Both the position numbers and the translations under genes were made by a program. The notes under the pieces were generated by a model. That model saw only the letters and a program-made list of their open reading frames with translations, did not search any database and was not told the origin of the DNA. A DNA stretch of 63,971 nt, the filler included, from Craspedostauros australis (taxonomy: Eukaryota), in the NCBI GenBank assembly GCA_030167865.1. It is 18 parts of 18 records of this genome, joined end to end, with 100 filler letters (N's around TTAATTAATTAA, not from the genome) between each part and the next. Parts side by side here need not be neighbours in the genome. Positions count along the whole stretch, not along the records: positions 50,212 to 60,599 come from JALAGF010002927.1; positions 60,700 to 62,848 come from JALAGF010002930.1; positions 62,949 to 63,971 come from JALAGF010002936.1; 15 more parts are not named here. The stretch is one strand, 5' to 3'. Below, piece after piece: positions 59,328-63,971 of this stretch (its first letter is position 1; the number at the start of each line of letters is the position of its first letter).

Positions 59328-60256
59328 AGTCGCTGCGACGTGTGTACTCGTTTGTATTATATTCTATAATACTATCGAATGGAGTCGATCGTGCTCTACT
59401 CGAGAGTGTGATGGGCGTCCAACGTGTGATGCAGTCCAGCCAAATGACACCTTCAACGCTGATGGCAATGATGACCGCAGCAATCACTCTGATTCGGTCG
59501 TTCCTCGGCTTCGTCTTTGGTGCTTGTTCCACAGCGGTGCTTTGGATGTGATTTGATGTGATGCAATGGAAGAGAGGAGCGTATGGTTGGTCGTAATAGA
59601 ATAGTACTATGAGCTATGGCAGAACAGGGTATGACAGAGTGTCATCAAAGGGATTGGCAGAGTGGAGAAGGTGTTTGTTTGCGTGTTTGTTCGCGATGAT
59701 TGACGAGAACGAGTTCCGTCACCTGCCGTTGCCCGTTTCGGCATCAACAAATTCGCCCTTCGACTTGTTCGATCAATCGAGGAACACAGCAGCGGGATTA
59801 GCCTGCCTAATAAGCATAGATAATCCATTGTTGTTTTGGTGGAGCATCCTCGTGTCAATCTTGCGTGCTTCTTTGGCGCCATGAAACCACAAGCCCGCAT
59901 AATCATCGTTGTCATCATCATCATGCCATGGCTGCCATCTTCATCTTCTGCATTGTCAGCTAGTCAGTGCATTTGTTGCCTCCATCAACTGGTATGTGTC
60001 GTGTTGTCTTGCGCGGAGAATTCTGAAGAGCTTCCACCATGTCTCGTGTCCTTGTCGCATGCATTCAACCATACCCAGTCTTCTCTCGATCGATCCTCCA
60101 TCACAACAGTATGTGTGCATTGATCGAGGGAGCCAACGTGTTGTGAGTATTGTATTATATGATATTATCATTCGTGTTCTTAGGTACAATGTTACGTAAA
60201 TATAGTAGTGTGTATTTCGGAGTGGGGGCGGTGCCATGATGTATGACACGTGGTGC

Positions 60257-60599
60257 TTACTTCTGCACGCCCATCTCCTCATCGGCATCAGCCTCGGAGC
60301 TCTGGTTCTCCTCGTCCTGGTTCAGCTTGTTCATGGCGGCAGTCTCCATGCGAAGGGCAGACTCGAAGACGGCGGCATCCTCCTCGTTGCTGCAGGCGTT
60401 GATCTCCTCACGCAGACTCTTGATGTTGGACAGGACGCGCTCGCGACGGACGGAGTACGACTCGTTCTGTGCGGCCAAAGCCTTCTGGAGCTCGAGGTAC
60501 TCGCGTGGGACAGCGGTGGAACCGGCCTCACCGACAAGCACGTTGGTTCCCAAGTGCATGTTGCGGTTGCTCTGGTGGTCTGGCTTCATGCCGGCGGCG
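60257..60599 (-). CDS. C-terminal fragment of a coiled-coil/acidic protein
   Basis: Coding-like codon use; frame open to the contig edge; stop at 60257. Confidence 0.5.
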
Positions 60600-61519
60600 N
60601 NNNNNNNNNNNNNNNNNNNNNNNNNNNNNNNNNNNNNNNNNNNTTAATTAATTAANNNNNNNNNNNNNNNNNNNNNNNNNNNNNNNNNNNNNNNNNNNNC
60701 TTGCCATGCACCTCGTCGTGCATATCCTTATTCTACATTCCCTGTGGTACGATTCCACAGTCTTGCGTTTCGCTCTTGATCTCTTGACACCGAACTTTAC
60801 GATTGGTGTCATGATTGGTGTCATGGATGATGCCCTTTCTGAGTTGTTCTAGTCCCTGGCTGACACGTGCCATGATCTCCAGATGGGGTGATCATCAATG
60901 TGTCGGTCATCATCTTCCTTCACCTGATTTAGGTATCGTGGCCTTTTCTTGATTCACAAAGGACAGGCTTGTTTTCTTGGTAAGACTGAGGTCATTCCCG
61001 TGTGATTCGTGTCGTGGGTGGAATGGATGATATTCAAAGGTGTGACGAATAATATCCAAAGGTGTGACAAATAATGTTGGGAGTTGCGGCAATCATGGGT
61101 ATCTTTCCGACAGAGTCGTACCCTCGATTCCTGACAGATGACGTCACAACGATACTACCACGATACCAGGAGGACACTACAATACTACAATGTCAGGATA
61201 CTGCAATACCAGCGGATACCACAGTATCCACCGTATGTGACATCACATCAAGGCCTTACCTACCAGGTCAACAGAGAATGAAATATGATTTAAATTTTCC
61301 ATCAGATTCGATCAATCATCAGATTCAACAAAACCCGAGAATGGAACAACGACGAAACAACGAGAGAGAGACAACAACGTTGACGATCAAGTCAACATCA
61401 ACAAGCAACAAGGAGAGCAATGTGCATAGAGGTGCAAGAGTATTGTACCAGTAATGAGAGCAAGGAAGAGATGGATCAAGAGAGCATCTTGATCATCGTA
61501 TTCTGCACGCTCGCTCATC

Positions 61520-62332
61520 TGTCGAGATGTACATGTGAGTATATGTCAAGATGTACGAGTATATGTGCATCGTTCACCTGTTATTCTCTCATACCCACTT
61601 GAACGATATAACTACATTCGTGTCGATAGTATGCTGTGATTCGTCAGAATTACAGCGGAAATGGAACACACGAAAAAGAACAAGATTTCTGGAGGAAATT
61701 TGCAATCGACGATTTCTGAGAGAATTGGAAATATCGTCCGTCCATCCATCAATGGTACCAAGAGAATCTTGAGGTACTTCCCAACTAAACCTCAGATGAC
61801 GATATCATCTGACAGACTACTGCATCACCAATGGAACGTGACATCTGGAGAGCAGAAGGACGCCTACTGACGTTGACAGGATGTCATCGTGTCACCACGT
61901 CAACAGCTGTCTCCAAGTCAGAGCAGGAGGCAAAGATCCGAATGACCGAAGGGCATCAGGATCATGGATACAGGAGATGAACTTCAAATGGTAAGTACTC
62001 ATGGAGTAGGAACCAGTACTGAATGAACGGAGTGTCAAATGTGGAGTACGCATCGAACACGGAGTATCGTGTAACACGAGTACACGATGCTGAGACAGAG
62101 AGAGAGAGAGAGAGAGAGAGAATACAGAGAGGAGCGAGAGAGCATCTCACGTACCGACTCATAGTCGGAGACCGAATCTACAAAACAGATTGAAGCGCCG
62201 AGAGCATCGGGCAAGAGAACGGGCGTACACTGAGAGGATCGGAGTAGCCAAGTAATGAAATAGCAAACGAACGACTATCAACCAACACCATCTTCCACGA
62301 TCGTAGGCTACCAATCACGGAACTTGCCAACA
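61520..62332. mobile_element. Intact solo LTR, family A (813 bp), 6-bp TSD
   Basis: TG...CA termini with CTCATC on both sides (61514-19, 62333-38). Confidence 0.92.
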
Positions 62333-62948
62333 CTCATCAACAATCGATAACAGTAACAGTAGCAAGTAACAGAAACACTTACAGCCAAAGAGTGTGACTA
62401 CTACTGATTCTCCGTGCGCGGAGCCTTCCAACACTCTCTCTCTCTGTCTCGCTCTCTCTCCATGTTATCAGTGCGCGATACTCTGTATTCGATACGTACT
62501 CAATCATCCTGTCTCATATTGACCTACTGCTTCATGCGGAGTTTTCAATGTCTTGGTTGAACTCCTCCTTTACATATCCCTTCATGGACCAGCCCTAAAG
62601 GATCTGTCAGAGCCATTATAAAGCCTCCGTGTTAAATTTCTACAGCTTTTCCCTACCATGTCCTACGCACAAAATCTAATTCTGTACTTGTCTCTAAACT
62701 GGATTTAGACTGTAATGGTCAGCTCATGATGAGAAGAAACAATCAAAGAGATTGCGTGCAACGGAGAATGATCCACGAGTGATGAGCCACGGAGATCATC
62801 AGAGAAGCAATGTGCTGGCAGGCATTCATGGAGCTGTATGGACACGCANNNNNNNNNNNNNNNNNNNNNNNNNNNNNNNNNNNNNNNNNNNNTTAATTAA
62901 TTAANNNNNNNNNNNNNNNNNNNNNNNNNNNNNNNNNNNNNNNNNNNN

Positions 62949-63059
62949 TCCAACTACCATACGAATAATACAGTAAACAAACACTCTCCTCACCAACAAC
63001 AACGACTTGATCACTCTACGTTCTCGGTGCGGAATCCCATCCTTGATTTCGTTCTAACA
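62949..63059 (-). mobile_element. End of an LTR family C copy
   Basis: The reverse complement aligns with 43870-43980 (TGTTAGAA-GAAATC...GATGGGATTCCGCACC). Confidence 0.8.
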
Positions 63060-63060
63060 A

Positions 63061-63971
63061 CACGTGGCGTGCAACACTTTTGTGCCAGGCCCAGCGTCAG
63101 TACACAGCTCTTACCGCAGCGAACTTGCCGGAATCTGGGCTTCATTGGAAATGCTTGCCATGATTCCGGAACTGGACGAAGCGTGCACCGTGACGCTGGC
63201 ACTCGACGGCCTTCAGGCCCTCCGTCAAGCCCAATCCGACACCATTAGCCCAGGCCAACGCGACTGGGACATCCTTGTCGAAATACGCCGGTTGAGGCAA
63301 CGCCTACGGGCAACCCTCAAATGGGAGTGGGTCAGAGGACACCAAGACGACACGGGTAAGGACCTCACAATGATGGAGAAGCTCAACGTGGAGTGTGACA
63401 AACGCGCCAAGGCGTTCTGGGAAGCGACAGTCTCTCAGCGACGAGCACGGCAGTGGTCATCAGCAACAGACCGATGGACCCTCACAGTCAGCGATCAACA
63501 CTACTCCCACGTGGGTCAAAGTGAGCTCTACAAGACACTGCAGGCGTCTGACTCTCTTCGCTACTGGACGAAGAAGTTCGAGTGGTCGAGGGATGCGACA
63601 AGACAAGTCGACTGGGAAGTTTACCAAGGCGCTCGAGCCGCCCGGAAGAACCAATCCATGTCGAAATTTGTTACAAAGTGGTCCTCCGGTTTTGTGGGCG
63701 TTGGGCGAAAGATGCAGCAGATGGGCCAACAAGAGTCCTCCACTTGCCAGTTCTGTGGCGCCGAGGAGACGACACGCCACGTCCTGCGCTGCAAGGAGCA
63801 CGAGACAGCGTGGAACCTTGCGACCGAGGAACTTGTCGATCGCATGGTGACTATTGGGTCAGCCCCAAGGCTGGTATCAGGAATGAGGGTAGGAATGGCC
63901 CGCTGGCGGCGACGCCAGAAGCCGCAGAGCACCCAAGGAGACATCGGGTGGTACCCCTTGTTGCTGGGGTT
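63061..63971 (+). mobile_element. Second LINE family fragment: RNase H + CCHC finger, runs off the window
   Basis: Manual translation SYRSELAGI...LDGLQAL...WVRGHQDD...NVECDKRAK...VDW...CQFCGAEETTRHVLRC; not in the ORF track. Confidence 0.88.

Noticed and set aside
2764..62948. Recurrent TTAATTAATTAA palindrome (possible piggyBac TTAA sites or regulatory motif)
   Set aside because: It is always centred in a fixed 100-bp N spacer, so it is an assembly linker. ORFs ending in X...N or LIN are artefacts of it.

Overview
This is a eukaryotic, most likely diatom (inferred from gene and transposon families), pseudo-scaffold. About 18 short contigs are joined by 17 artificial 100-bp spacers (44 N + TTAATTAATTAA + 44 N), so adjacency across spacers is not biological evidence. 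Host genes include a STAND/AAA_16 ATPase-TPR-like protein (present twice, in opposite orientation), a secreted RxL-processed Cys-rich precursor, two near-identical secreted Pro/Thr+Cys-rich proteins, a tandem pair of carotenoid cleavage oxygenases, an SLC35F/EamA-type transporter and several low-complexity hypothetical proteins. Much of the window is transposon-derived: a decayed APE-RT-RNaseH LINE plus a second LINE fragment, three or four solo-LTR families (some nested), a PIF/Harbinger-type family with GGACACCC termini and CWG target duplications (MITEs and a DDE_Tnp_4 relic), piggyBac-like transposase pieces, a YqaJ-type nuclease ORF and a ~247-bp satellite. The best leads are a possible piggyBac-like transposase with an embedded YqaJ nuclease, a 6-Cys peptide flanked by RRRL sites, and CpG-type mutations that hit catalytic residues of the transposons. 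All family calls come from motif recognition by eye; no database search was run.
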